This document shows, piece after piece, positions 25,222 to 38,746 of a DNA stretch of 64,000 nucleotides. Every line of letters begins with the position of its first letter. Within the stretch, counting starts at the first letter, position 1. This DNA comes from Selaginella moellendorffii (taxonomy: Eukaryota > Plantae > Lycopodiophyta): positions 396,401 to 460,400 of the forward strand of contig NW_003314269.1 of assembly GCF_000143415.4 (NCBI RefSeq), given 5' to 3'. The position numbers and the translations under genes were made by a program. The notes beneath the pieces are model-generated. The model was given only the letters and a program-made list of their open reading frames with translations, was not told the DNA's origin and did not search any database.

Positions 25222-26255
25222 GAGCTAAAGCTAGGTGGTGCAAAACTCTTGTTCAGAAGATCAAACCTCATCTGCCAGCTCGTGATAATCTTGGCATCAT
25301 TTCCATGAAGAAAAAATAAGCAAAAAGATCAACACAAAAGCAAAGAAAAACTTACTTGTAGTTTGCAATGCGCTGAGATTGCTGGGTCTGGATTTGTGAG
25401 CCAATCTAGCATGATGAAGCTTTAGGGCCAGAGCCAGTGGGATTCAACAATATTGATGCCAATGTTGTTGAGACAGAGGCCAAGATCAAGGCATACAACG
25501 AGGAAAACTATAAATTAGTAGGTGTGTTTTTGAGAAGAATCAAATATTTGGTCACATACATGCAACACCACTCTCTAAAAAGAGCAAGGCTTCAGTGAAA
25601 TGAGGTATAATCACTATTGAGAAATAATCTATAATCATAAAGAACAACAAATCATCCATCACCAATAATAACCAAACAAGATCTCTAACAAAGATAATCA
25701 ACTATCTCAAATAATGATCAATCATCACCAATGATTGCAAGATGTGAAACTTCACTTAACATCAAAGCTAAAAGCTAGCAAGAAATTCTTTTCCATGGTA
25801 TCCTAGCAAATTTGGATTGAAAACATCTGGCACAAATTCGAGAGGAGCAAGCTGCCATTGCTGGGGGCTAGTCCATAGATGCTACAGAAGGTTATGGTCC
25901 AACTAGAGATAAGAGAAAAACTGTAAAACCTTCATCATGGCCAAAGATCAATGTAAGTTTTCTTCTTTATTCGTCCATTTATCTCTGAAAATGATGTGTT
26001 GTGTGCTTGAGGGAATAATGTTCAATGCAGCTAGCTTTCACACTTCTGACACACTATGGATTAGCAGACTCGTGCCATTCAGGTCCCGGGCTTCAACAAC
26101 TTGAAGGCATTTGTGTTAAGTTTCTCACAGTTGTCTCTTGGAGCTCTTTCCTTTTAGTCTTCACGTTTGCCTCATCATTTGCCTATCAATGTGTTTTTAG
26201 ATATATAGTCTCTGCAGCAGGAATTGGCACTGGTTACACGCTCCTTCCGCAGAGT
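25222..26255 (+). repeat. CpG-decayed duplicate of 7765-8640
   Basis: Colinear, with many CG>TG/CA changes and an extra ~170-bp insert. Confidence 0.8.
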
Positions 26256-26502
26256 GCTCCAAGGCTAAGGCATCCAATTTCTAGACTTTCACTATTTTCA
26301 ACTAAACGATTTTCATTGTCCCAGAAGACAAATGTTCTCCCTAGCTACACGATCTCTAGAGAAAATGCAAGCTTTGGATGCTTGATAGTTGTCTATTCCA
26401 AGCAGTACCTTGCTCGTAGAAGAGAAGAGGGTTTAAAGAAATGAGCGCCAAAATTCCATTTGAAACCGGATAAGAGCCTTTTGTTTTCCTTTTGAATTAG
26501 GG

Positions 26503-26870
26503 TCATGGAGCACCAGAAGGCAAAGAACAAGGGGCTGCTGTGATTCCTGGTGAGCAACGCTGTGTACAAAGTTTCAAGAGTGTCATCCCTAGACTCATGA
26601 TGAATTTGCTTGCAACAAGGAGGCCTACAAGACTTTTGTGGCAGCAATATCGATGGAGGAGGGCCAGCCACTGGGCCTGTGGGTGAAGGGGATGCTTGAT
26701 GAAGGTGTGCTCTACACCGATGGGAACTACTTGATGGGACTGGCCTTTTGGATGGACAGGAACTAGTTTGCAAGCTAAGTAAAAGCTATCTATAGTCTCA
26801 AGGAAGTGTTGAGGCAACGGTATTGCTTCATCGATGAGTTCCTCTGAGGAAAAGGTTTCATTAAATTGAA
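26503..26870 (+). pseudogene. Decayed unknown-family fragment
   Basis: aagaacaaggggctg..cctggtgagcaacgctgtgtacaa..actcatgatgaatttgcttgc matches 37191-38093. Confidence 0.7.
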
Positions 26871-26879
26871 TTCTGATAG

Positions 26880-27790
26880 GAATCTGTATCAAAAGGAAAC
26901 AGACACAAGCTTCACTGTTTATGTTAATGATTGTTTAGTTGTTGGCAACAACATAACAACACCAAGGAAAAGTTTAATTCAAGATTCAAGATGACTTATC
27001 TAGGTGAAGTGACCAAACTTCTAGGCATGGAAGTTATGCGTGATTGACAAGATGGTTCAATCAAACTGTCCCAGTCCTTATACAATTCTAAGTTGTTTGC
27101 TCCCTACACCCATGGTTGCTGGCATGAAATTCTCCAAAGAGATGGATGAACAATTCAATGATGGGGAGGACTGCTTTATCTTGTTAACAGCACATGACTA
27201 GATATCTCATTCGCAGTTGGACTCCTCATCAGATTCAATTCTTCACCAAATGTAGGTCATTAGCAAGCAGCTAAGAGAGTTCTGTGATATCTTCACAGCT
27301 GAGTTAGGAATAAAATTTTGTCACTCTTCAGATCACTTCTTGAAGTTTCTAGCCTACTCAAATACAAATTGGGCAGGGATATAGACACAAGACTTTCCAC
27401 AACAGGAATCTACTATATATTGGTGGGAGCACTAGTGTCATGGACTAGCAAAAATAGGCCACTATTGCACTTTCAAGTTTAGAAGCAGAATACATGGCGA
27501 CATCATTGGTAACAAAAGAGATAGTTTGGCTATGACAAATGTTGGTTGAGCTGAAGCAACCACAGTCATAACTGACTCCATTGTTCTACCAACAAAAGCA
27601 CAATCTGAAAGTAGCAGAAAGATGCACACAAGGAGGAAGAACTCTGTATTTCAATTATATATGGATGGGTATATATACATAAAAACTACTACCACATAAG
27701 CATGACTACATGGCACTCATCTCTACCTCTAACACTCCCACTCATGATCAAGTGGCTGATCCAAGCTTGACATGCCTATGCTAGTCTAAG
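26880..27790 (+). mobile_element. Ty1/Copia RT-RNaseH remnant with an oppositely oriented PPT/LTR piece
   Basis: YVNDCLVVG, FKMTYLGEVTKLLGMEV, NWAGDIDTRLSTTG, ALSSLEAEYMA; - strand gagtgggag|tgttag near 27733. Confidence 0.75.
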
Positions 27791-28749
27791 ATGATGAGCA
27801 TAGAGAGTTGATGAGAAAAGTATACAAAAATCTCATTAATCAACTACTCTTGGTCTTAATTTTTCTTGCACACACTCTTGCTCACTATTATAGCTTCAAT
27901 CTATAAACATCCTTCCCAATTGCTACAAAGAATTGTTATGTATTATTTTGAATCTTAACCCAATTTTTGATGTGGGTTATTCAAATCTCTCAATCTCCCA
28001 ACTTCTAGTAGCACCATACTTTCAGCATGAGACTTCTAGAGTGACAACTAAACCATAACTAGTAAATAATATTGGGGTACTTGGGTTGGCAACCTTGACT
28101 TTTCCAGAGTTAAGGCAAAATCTTAGATCTCAATAAATTTTAAGTGGCTATATTTTCAATTTCTTAATATTTTATAGTTAATTAGCTTAATTTTGCTTAT
28201 ACTAAGCTAGGCAATAAAGGAAAGAGGAAACAAGCATTGTGAAACTCTTACAAGCTTGTTGTTAATTGGTTTTATCAACTATGAAGCTGCTCAATTTCAT
28301 TGCGAATGCCATACTGATGTTTTCATCCCAACAAGAATCCCATAACCGTGCCACTTAATTATGGCAGAAGTAAATACTCTGGCCACGCACTGTGATCAAC
28401 GTGTTCTTGTCCCAACATGGCATTTTCTTGAGGTAGCCGGACTGATTATAACTTCCACGATTCGCCCGGGCATAGCACAAAAGATCTCGGAACATCGTCA
28501 AATGAAGGAAGGAGCTCTGGATGAAATATTGTAAAAGCATTCTATCAAATTATGAACAGAGTAATTGTACTATCGCATTGCCAATTTATCTCTAAATTTT
28601 TTTCGTTCATCACAGCTTTACGCATTGAATGTTAACTCTGAAGACATTCCGAAGGCTCCTGATGGCGTTGTGTCTCACTGCACTGCTAATCACCAAGAAC
28701 CACAGATAAATCCTGTTCCCGGATGTAATTGCAGCGTCCATTCCTGTGG

Positions 28750-29865
28750 TTAACTGTACTGTGAACGATTTCCAATCTCTCACAATCCATGTTGGCACTT
28801 CTAAGAGAAAGAGATGGATTTGCAAGAAGAGTAAAAACGCAGGCAAAGATTGCAATCTTGAGAGGATCCGATTAATTTTGGGAGATGGATCGAGCTGGAT
28901 CAAGGATGCGCTTCAAACGTGACTCTGGTCCATGGTGTCAAGTAAATCTCCACCTAGGCACGAACGAGCATTGGCTCGCCTAGAACGGACGGCTGGAACA
29001 GGGTTCATGTGATGATTAGCGACGCCGGCTGCGTGCCTGGGAGCGATGGTTGGCCAAAGCAGTCAAGGCGAAATCGCCGCAACCAACAAGAGTAAGCTGT
29101 GCACTGCGGTGAGATCATGGCGATTCCGGTGAGACAAAAACGCTGCTAATCGTTGGCCGCCGTGTGGAATCGGCAAGAGTTGCTTGCTCAGGGGTTTGGA
29201 TTCGAGGTTTGTTTGCATCTGGCTAAGCAGGACTTGGCCGGGTGCGTTCACGTTTTGCAAGAAGGCTCAGCGGCTGGGTGAGATAGAGAGCTTGGATTCT
29301 TTGCAAGACATCCAATACGTGCTGGCGATGCAAAAGCCTAACAGGCATGCCAGACGATAGAGGACATTGCCACGTTTCATTGTTGGTGACGAGGTTTGAA
29401 TTCGTGACTCAGCACGTGCATGCGGAAGTCCAAGCAGCAGAGAAGGCCAGTGTTTTCAGCGTAAAAAATGCGAGTAGAGATTTCTTGAAGATGTTCATGG
29501 ATTATACCCCACACCCTTCCATTCCTAAGTCTTCAAAACACTAATTTGCTTATAGATATAGCCCTTTCCATGTAAGCATGAGAGCACCAAATTCGGCATA
29601 GTACGAGTTCGAATCCTTGCCGGAAAATAAAAGTTTGATGTGGGTTGGCCAGTCGTTTAGTTATGCCTTAACCCGGTCAACGGTTTAGTAGTCAACGATC
29701 GCGAGATTCGCAAGGGATTCTTCGTCCCATCTCACCGATGGAAAGCATTGCTTGCGAGAAGAGCTTCTGCACTACGCAAGGATACTTTGGCGTCCGTTGG
29801 TAAGTGTGGGATTTATGGAGGTGTGATTCACGATTTTCGGATTTGTTGCTTGACGAGCTCCTTGA
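28750..29865 (+). pseudogene. Inverted paralog of 8660-11280 lacking Merlin (P-loop pseudogene; empty site)
   Basis: gagacaaaaacgctgctaatcgttgg..gtgtggaatcggcaagagt joins both Merlin flanks. Confidence 0.8.
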
Positions 29866-30059
29866 GGAGATTCCTCTTCTTGATCCGGAAATCCATAGAC
29901 AGCTGCTGATAGTGTTGTCGATTATCATCCTGCCGTATTATCATCCCCATATCCATCTCGATAAACCCCATAAGCCGGGAGTCGTTATCCTAACAATCTT
30001 TTTCAACAGTTACTAAGAGATTTTAAACATAGAATATTCGGACGTTTTAAACATTGTCG

Positions 30060-33000
30060 TCACCTTCTTTGTTGCATAGCAATGAGTTTTGCATAAGCGC
30101 CCCCGAGCTCGAGGAGCTTGGCATGCCTGCCTCTCTCCCTCACACTCCCATTCTCCATCACCACAATTGTGTTTGCAGACTGCACTGTCGATAGCCTGTG
30201 TGCAACGATGACCGTAGTGCGTTGCTGCTCCCCAACCAGCCGATCGATCGCTTGCTGGACAATCCTCTCCGACTCCGCGTCCAAGGCACTAGTGGCCTCG
30301 TCCAGCAGCAGCACTGCCGGGTTCTTGAGCATCGCCCGCGCAATGGCGATGCGCTGCTTCTGCCCGCCTGAAAGCTGGACACCACGCTCGCCGACGTTGG
30401 TCTCATAGCCATCCGGCAGGCCGCTGATAAACTCATGCGCATTGGCCTTCTTTGCTGCCGCCACCATCTCCGACTCAGTAGCACTGTAGTCCAAGTCCTC
30501 GCCAAAGTCCCTCCCGTAGAGGATGTTCTCCCGGATTGACACTCCGAATAGCACTGGCTCCTGCTGGACGTAGCCGATGTGCTTCCTCAGGCTTCTCAGG
30601 TGGAGAGTCTTCAACTCCCTGCCGTCCAGCATCACGCTTCCGGAGGTCGGGTCGTAGAAGCGCAGGATCAGAGCTAGCACCGAGCTCTTGCCGGACCCGC
30701 TTGCTCCAACCAGTGCCACGGTTGATCCAGCCGGGACCTTGAGGCTCAGGTTGTTGAGTATCAGAACATCCGGCCTCGACGGGTACCTGAAGCTCACGCC
30801 CCGGAACTCCACAGTCCCGGCAATCTTCTTGAGCTTGGTTGCTTTTGCTGCATCTGGATCGATCTCCGAGAGCCGGTTGGCAGTCTCGAACATAGAGATG
30901 GTGGCCTGGATCCCCTTCTTGAAGTCTGGAATGAGCCCGATGACTTCCACACAGTGGTAGGCGGTGTAGGCCACGATGGAGAAGGAGATGAGGAGAGGTC
31001 CAAAGCTGACTTCGTCTCGGCGGATGAGATAGGCGCCGTAGAGCATGCAGCAGGCGCTAGAGATGTACAAGAGGCCGTGAGAGACTCCGATGAACAATCC
31101 CACCATGCAAGCGCGCTTGAATCTCCGGCTTTTGGCGTCGTCTAGATGTTCCTGGAACTTTGACAGGATGCTGTCTTGAGCGCCGAAGGATAACACCGTT
31201 CTGATGCTGGAGACTGCTTCTCCTGCAACTCGACCAGCATTCTCGTGGGTTTTCTGGACGTTCGACCCGGCAAATCCATCTTTGAAGTAGGCAGCCTATC
31301 CATGCATAAGTCACGGTTTAAAGTTGGAAAATTGTCGAAGCCATCTTACCGCGACAGCGCTACCGAGCACTTGAAGAGGAAGGCTTGCGAGGGAAATGAG
31401 TCCCATTCTGTAGTCATAGACGGTGGCCAGGGTCAAGGCCAACACGATTCCCAAAACGTTTTGCAAGAAGTAGCTGTAAGTGTCGCTCAATACATTCCTC
31501 AACGTGGTCGCGTTCGCTGATAGACGTGCAGTCACCGCGGAGCTACTGTTCTCTTCGAAATCAAACCATCCAACTTCGTTCCTCAAAACTCCTGAAAACA
31601 AATATCAAAATAAACAGCCTACAGGACAGGTTACGTACCTTCCAGCGATTTCACTTGGACGTCTTGAGTGACTCTGGCGCCAACTTTATGGCAAAAGAAA
31701 TACTGGACCACATTGCTTGCTAGTGTTGCAATTCCGAGGCCAATAAATCCCAAGGTCCACTTCATGGCTTCCTTCGTGCGCCTCTGCAGCAGAAGAACTA
31801 AGACGTTGGCCATAACCAAGGGAAACACAGCCGCTAGAATCCCAGAAGTTAAAGCTCCACTGGTTCCGATTATTGCAGAACCCCATACTCTCCTGAACCG
31901 TTCCTTGAACCACGACTTCACAGAGTAAGAGGTCTGTAACTTGGTGGCTCCAGGTCCCTGCTCCTCAGCAGCTTGAAAATTCTCTTGAACCGGAGGCATC
32001 TCGATTTGTGAGTTGAAAGACTCGTACGAAATCCTGGACGGCGAAGTCCATGGCGATCGTAATGGGGAGGCCCAGGGAGCTGCAATAGGTGTTCTGGAAT
32101 GAAGAGGAGATGGAGACCTGTAAGATAAGTTTTAGAAGTGAAAATAAGTGATGGAATGATTTACCTGCTGCGAGTTCTTCTCTTTCTCGCTACTACAGCA
32201 CTTTCCTGAGTCATTACGAGAGACTTGTAAGCACCGTTCTCACGACCAAGTAGCTCAGCATGTGTCCCACTTTCTATGATGCGACCTTTGTCGAAGACCA
32301 GTATGCAGTCGGCGTTTCGAATAGTTGACAAGCGGTGAGCAACGACAATAGTGGTCCGTCCTTGCATGATCCTGTCTAATGCATTTTGGACTAGAACCTC
32401 GGATTCAGAATCCAACGCGCTCGTTGCTTCGTCCAAAAGCATGACAGACGGCTTCTTCAGGATTGCACGAGCAATGGCTATTCTTTGCCTTTGTCCTCCA
32501 GAAAGTTGGATTCCCTTGTCCCCAACCTACAAAACAAAACATTATTAAATAGAAACAAAAAGGACGAGGAAGAAATTCACCTCTGTGTTGTATGCATCGG
32601 GAAGATCACATATAAACAGATGAGCTCCAGCAACCTTTGCTGCTGATATGAGTTCTTCATGGCTTGCATCTGGCTTTCCCATCAAGATGTTCTTCTTAAT
32701 ACTGGTGGCAAATAAAGTAGGCTCCTGGCTTACAAGTCCAATCTGTGCCCTGAGCCACTTAAGTTGCAAACACTTGATATCCCTTCCGTCGAGCTTCACT
32801 TCTCCTGCAAGAACAAGACGATTAGTCCAGTACTGAGTTTGCTCGACATTGTTCTTACCCTTCAGAGGATCGTAAAATCTCTCAATCAAGGAAATTACCG
32901 TGCTTTTGCCTGATCCACTTGATCCAACAAGCGCAACTATTTTCCCCTCCGGAATGTTTAGAGACAAGTTCGAGAATACAGGTACTTCGGGCCGTGCGGG

Positions 33001-34726
33001 ATAGGCGAACGATATATTGCATAGCTCTATTCTTCCTCTGACACGCGACAAAGTTTTGCCTTGATCGCTGTTGTTGTTGATTCTTGGCTGCCTCTCTATA
33101 ACTCTGAATAATCTGCTTGCGGCCGCTTTTCCTTTGGCTATAAAACCGAACACTTGCATGCAGTCTCCCAGTGCTCTGAAACGGATAAAAAGTTAATGAG
33201 ACATTAACGCATGCTGTAAGAACTTACTTCCCGGATATTATACTGATGAAAATCAATGAGTTGACAGTACCTCCCTTGATCTCATGCTTCTCAACCAGTT
33301 TGCTACCGAACCAAAACTGCAACGTCCATGAAAAGTAGGAGATGGCAATGACTGTTCCAAGCCCCAGACCTTTGCTAAGTCCAGTCTTAGAGCTAAGCTT
33401 GACAGCATCCTCGAGAAGGTGTGCATACGAGTTGAGAGCTTTGGTTTCTCCAACGAAAGAGTACACAGTTCTCACTTGCGAGATTGCCTGAAAAGAGAGA
33501 GTCAGAGGGGAAAAAATGAAAAGAAACTACGTGAAAAAACACACCTGCTCAGCCACCAAGTCGGCACTTCTATACGCCGTGAGCGCTTGAATCACATACT
33601 TGGTGTAGAAAGCCACGAACATAAAACCACTTCCAAGTAGCAGCGGTGTTGCTGTCAGCCCCATGAGCCCCATCTTCCAGTACACAGAGATAGAGATCAC
33701 TATACCGCCCAGAAACACAGCAAAATTGCTGACACACGCACCGATCTGGTCGAAAGAAACATGAGAAAACCACTAGAACTGGCGATGGAGCTCACCTTCT
33801 CCCCCACTGCATCGTGAATGAGGAGAATATCGCTCGAGACAGCGGTCACAATGTCCCCGACCTTGGCCTCCGTGTCGTAGAAGGCGATGTCCTGCTTGAG
33901 CAGCGAATCCAGGTACCTCGTCTTGATGTGCGCGGTCTGCCGCTCTCCAATTTGCGTCCAGCACACATTCTCTGCGCCATAGCGCCATCGTCAAAACCAC
34001 TCAAGAACCCTAAAATTTTGAAACGATAAAGAAGCATACCTATTGCCGACGAGACCATCGTTCCAACGGACACATACATCACGATCACCACGATCTGGAA
34101 TCGAAATATCAGGCACAGATCCAACAGAAACGAGAGAGATCGGCTGATCGGACCTTGACGACTCCACGGAAGGCCGCGTCGGGCGACAGAGCAAACGCAT
34201 TGTTCATCAATCCAAAGAGCAGCACGACCGCGGGGCCGGAGAGGCCGTGAGCGATGGCCGATGCCGTGCCGACTGCGATCATCAGCCAGTCCAATCCATT
34301 CGCGAATTGGAACAGCTTCCAGTAGGAAAATCCCTCGTCTTCTTGCGCTTGATCCGCGTTCTTGGTGGCATCGATGCTGTAAACGCTGAGAGAGTCGGCT
34401 TCCTCGGCCAGATCTTTCTCGTTGACGGCGCCATAGCCGTAATCTCTATCCCTCGCGACGACGACCGAGTGCGCATCCGAGATATCCCTTTGCTGCTGCT
34501 GCGCATGCGATGGCCGCGCTAGATTATCGTAAGATCTGGTGCGCTGCTGGAGATCTTGGATGCTGAGAATGCTCTTGCTGTAGTAGCTGCTACTGTCGAT
34601 CGACCGCGATCCAGACTGCTGCTCCATGGCCGCGTAGAGCGCCGATAGCTCCGCCCCCACGCTCTCGGAATCATAGTCTTCCGGGAAGAAATCGAAATCC
34701 CTCGAGCCATTGTCGGATTCTACCAT
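30060..34726 (-). CDS. Full-size ABCB (MDR/P-glycoprotein) transporter, multi-exon
   Basis: TMD-NBD-TMD-NBD; Walker [10 protein letters not shown] and [14 protein letters not shown] signatures, [10 protein letters not shown] twice; GT-AG introns. Confidence 0.92.
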
Positions 34727-35423
34727 GGTCTCACGAGCGCGTGGATCATTGGGACGATCCCTGTGCCTCGCGCGCTTATAAAGCAAGAAAATCCACGAAG
34801 CTTTGGTATGAACGACGATCGTCCAAACAGAACCAAATGGCCAAATGGCGCTTTGTGCCAAAGGACCAACCAAAGGAACACCACAAAAAACTACAAACGC
34901 AGGATTCCTTCTCTTCTTCTTTGTTTTCTACTTAGAGAGCTTTACGTTTCTCTGTTCTTTCCTAGTATGTAACTTCCTACAGTCTTGAAAGTTAGAGCTT
35001 GATCGATCGATCAAGCCAGTGATTCCTTCTCTTCTTCTTTGTTTTTTAAATCTCAACTTTTCTTTGTTCTTCGCTGCTACCATAGTCTATATGAACTGTT
35101 AACTTCCAAGTTAGAGCATTTCTTTTATGGTGCCTCGATCCAGTGGCCTTAATCGATCGATCAAGCCAGTGATTCTCTCCCTAGTTTTCCCTGTTCTTCA
35201 CTAGTACCATGATAGCCTACATGAACAAGCTAGTGTCAACTTCCTAGAGTCTTGAAAGTTAGAGCATTTCTTCTTTGGTTACCTCGATCTAGCGATCGAG
35301 CCAGTGAGTTCCAAGCCTTACTGCTTGGAAGAGCTTCCTCTACAAACACAGACCAAAAATATGCATAAAAACTCTCAAGAGCACACGAAAGCTCGAGGAG
35401 AGAGCTTCTTACTTGGAGTTGTC
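34555..35423. repeat. ABCB 5'/promoter + Agenet 3' segment, duplicated at 38192-38761
   Basis: Colinear match including ttataaag and the [13 protein letters not shown] coding stretch. Confidence 0.85.
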
Positions 35424-35559
35424 GCAGTGAAGTTTTCCAGAGCTTACTTGCTTTTAGCTCACTTGCTAAAAAGTGCTTATTTCCGGAAGATCAGTCTCAA
35501 GAGAAGCATGGAAAGTTGCGACTCTAGAGCGAAAATGCAAGCTGTGATCTCAAGCTAAA

Positions 35560-35803
35560 ACTTTGCTAGCTTTCCCTCTCCTGACGTCCTTGTCCGCGAT
35601 GCCAATCCCCGTTGTCGCAAAAATCAATCTCCGGTGAGCAACGCCGTGTACAAGGCACTCCAGGAAGCGCCTGGAGCAACACAAGGCCGAGCCCCTGGAC
35701 TCACGACATCTAGCTTTGCTTGCGAGGCAGGAGGATCGTGCTTGACGAAGGCGCGCTCTACACCCCTTCAATGGCGCTCTTATCCTAGCCGTTGGTTTCA
35801 AAT
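35560..35803. pseudogene. Scrambled unknown-family copy with an internal inversion
   Basis: 35560-35625 and 35776-35803 match the intact gene in its orientation; 35631-35764 is inverted. Confidence 0.75.
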
Positions 35804-37190
35804 GACATTTTTAGAGGGAAACTCTCGAGAATATGCCTCAAGATCTGGAGCCCTAAAAACAGACAAGGGGAAATGAGCACATCGTATGACTTCTCGCGGG
35901 CTTCATGGGAGCTGGGCGTTGAGGCGCAATGAGGCCAGAAGCCCAAGGGCATGTCTACGGTGAGTGCCGGCATTCTTTCTTGGGATTTGCTGATGATCGC
36001 TCAAGATTGCTTTTCTTGAATAAATATCGCCTCATAATCTAGAGGAAAAACAATAAAGAGCACAAGGCTTTACCTGGCGGAACTCGACGTAACTGTAGTG
36101 GCAGGATGCAGCAATGGGGGCTTCCTGGAGAAGAACAACTCCAATCGAGAGCGTTGGTGCAATGAAACAGGCCTGCAAGAAGAAGACGCTGAGCTAACCC
36201 TGAGAAGCAAAGGACGAAAAAACTCCACAGCACGTCTCATCATGCTGGGCTTTCCGCAAAATGTGAAATCCACACCGCTGCCATGGCAGCAATCTAAAAA
36301 GCTCGAGGAATGGAAGTTGCAATTGACACAATACGTGTTCCAAGGGTAATAAGGTCCAAGAGTGACCAGAGGTTTAAATTCAGTATTGACATGATATAAC
36401 ACAAATTTATTTTCACTGTCACTGTTCGTAAGGCAAGAGGCGAGGTGGTGGACGATGGAATAACAGCATGGTTTCACCGGGATTTCATCTCAAGAGGTAA
36501 TTTCACTTCCATGCCATGCGAATTTTTTCTTATCAATTTTTTTTCTCTAAGGCACGGTATAACAGATGTTAAGGCTCTCATGCCCATGCTCTTGGTCGCT
36601 ATTCGACGAGTTATCAGGCTTCAGGTAAGCACAAGTTCTCATAGTTTTAATTTGATCGTTTTCCAGTCCCTTGTCTATGGGCTAGAAAAAAATACTATGA
36701 CTTAATCCACGATCGAATCGATTCTTTCAGGCGTTCTAGGATCTTGCCTCCATTCCTTTGGTGAGAGGAGTATCTAAAGCTTTCCTCTCATTCGCGAGAA
36801 AACTCTATTAACGATTGTTAAATTCAAATTAGTTCAATTACAAGAAGGGTTTGAGGAAGAGAGGTTAGCGAGGGAAAGCTTCGCGCCATGAGCGATTCTG
36901 AGATGCTCGAAGAATGAATCGTCTGCTTCTGCATCTGGGCAGCGATCTACCGGGCCGGATTGAAAATGTAGGCAATTCCAGTGCGTTCTTGTTCTTCTCG
37001 GGCCCCAGGAGCGTGTGAAATCCAGCCGTGTCGGATTCGAGTGCGTTCTACAGCGAAATCGGCCCAAGGGCGCCAGATTCCGGTGCATGCATTGCCGCAG
37101 TGGGGGCGGCGACGATGATGATCGATCATGGAGCGATTCACAATGGTGTTTCGGACCAGACAGGAAGAACAACAGAACGCGATGGTTTTA

Positions 37191-38093
37191 TCACAGAGCC
37201 GAGACGAGCGCAAGCTGCAAAAGAAAAAAGAATGAGAGCAAAACTAGAACTAGAGATTACCTCGTTGGGCAGGAAGTCGGACATATCTGGCTTCCGGGGG
37301 AAGGCAACGCTCGTCTCGGCGTAGCGCGGGACACGGATGCACACCTCGTCCGTGACGTTGTTGATCGCCTTTTGATCCTTGCTCACAAACCACACCCTGC
37401 GCATGAGGTCGCGCGGCTTGCAGATGATCCTGTGCCGCTCCAGAAACGTCTCCACCAGGAGCCCCATGCGATCCTCGTCCAGCAAAACTTTCTCGTAGAA
37501 CTCGCGGTTGCCCGTCACAAACACCTGATGAAACTCGCACAGTCGGTAAATCGAGATAGAAAGAGTGAAAGAAGAAACTTTCTCACAGTGCCAGGAGTGT
37601 AACGCGATTCTAGATTCGCACGGACGTAGGAGAGTAGAGAAGGAAACATCCTCTCCTGAGCATCCTCGTCCGCGATGCCAATCCTGCCAAACACCCACTC
37701 GCGCCCCTTGTCGCAAAAATGCGAGGAGGGATAGTCTTGCCACCCCGGCTTCTCCAAGTAGTTGACGTCGGTGTAGAGCGCCTTCTCGTCAAGCATCCGC
37801 TTCACCCACAGGCCGAGCGGCCGCCCCTCCTCCTCCATCGCCACCACAAACAGCTCGTAGGCCTCCTTGTCGCAAGCAAATTCATCGTGAGTCCAGGGAC
37901 CATAGTGCCGAAACTCGGCCGTTTGCCGCTGGTAGACCTCGTTTTCCACCTGACCCTCCTTGAGTGTGTGGAGCGCCTTGTACACGGCGTTGCTCACCGG
38001 GAATGGCAGCCCCTTGTTCTTCGTCTTGTGGCGCTCCACCACCTTGAGCGCCTTGGCGCACTCCTCGCCCGTGTCGCAACACCTCTTCTTCAT
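37191..38093 (-). CDS. Hypothetical protein (~264 aa) of a multicopy unassigned family; exons 38093-37587, 37524-37261, 37214-37191
   Basis: Open frame across two GT-AG introns; intron and stop positions shared with the paralog at 1-337; start codon uncertain. Confidence 0.65.
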
Positions 38094-38746
38094 CCTTTGC
38101 CCTACTTTTGTCAAGCAAGAGGGCTTTTATCCTAGCCGTTGGCTTCAAATAGAATCTTTAAGTAGAAAGGGCGGGAATTTAGGCCTGGCGGCTTGGATGC
38201 TGAGAATGCTCTTGCTGTAGTAGCTGCTGCTGTCGATCGACCGCGATCCGGATTGCTGCTCCATCGCGACGTAGAGCGCTGATAGCTCCGCCCCCTCGAG
38301 CCATTGTCGGATTCTAGCGCTCACGAGCGCGTGGATCATTGAGACGATCCCTGTGTGCCTCGCGCGCTTATAAAGCAAGAAATCCACGAAGCTTGGTCGT
38401 CCAAACAGAACCAAATGGCCAAATGCCGCTTTGTTCCAAAGGACCAACAAAAGGAACACCACAAAGAACTAAAAACGAAGGATTCCTTCTCTTCTTCTTT
38501 GTTTTCTACTTAGAGAGCTCTACGTTTCCCTGCTCTTCGCTACGTATAAGGAAACCTGCGCTAGTATATATAACTAAGTCTTGAAAGTTAGAGCACTTCT
38601 TCTTCGGTACCTCGATCCAGCGACCTTGATTGATCAATCTAGGCAGTGAGTTCCAAGCCTTACTCCTTGGAAGGGCTTTCTCTACAAGCACAGACCAGGA
38701 ACACACGTAAAAACTCTCAAGAACACATGAAAGAGGAGAGAACTTC

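Noticed and set aside
35870-36700. Possible + strand spliced gene in the cargo
   Set aside because: Fragmentary frames with no recognisable family; not supportable as a CDS
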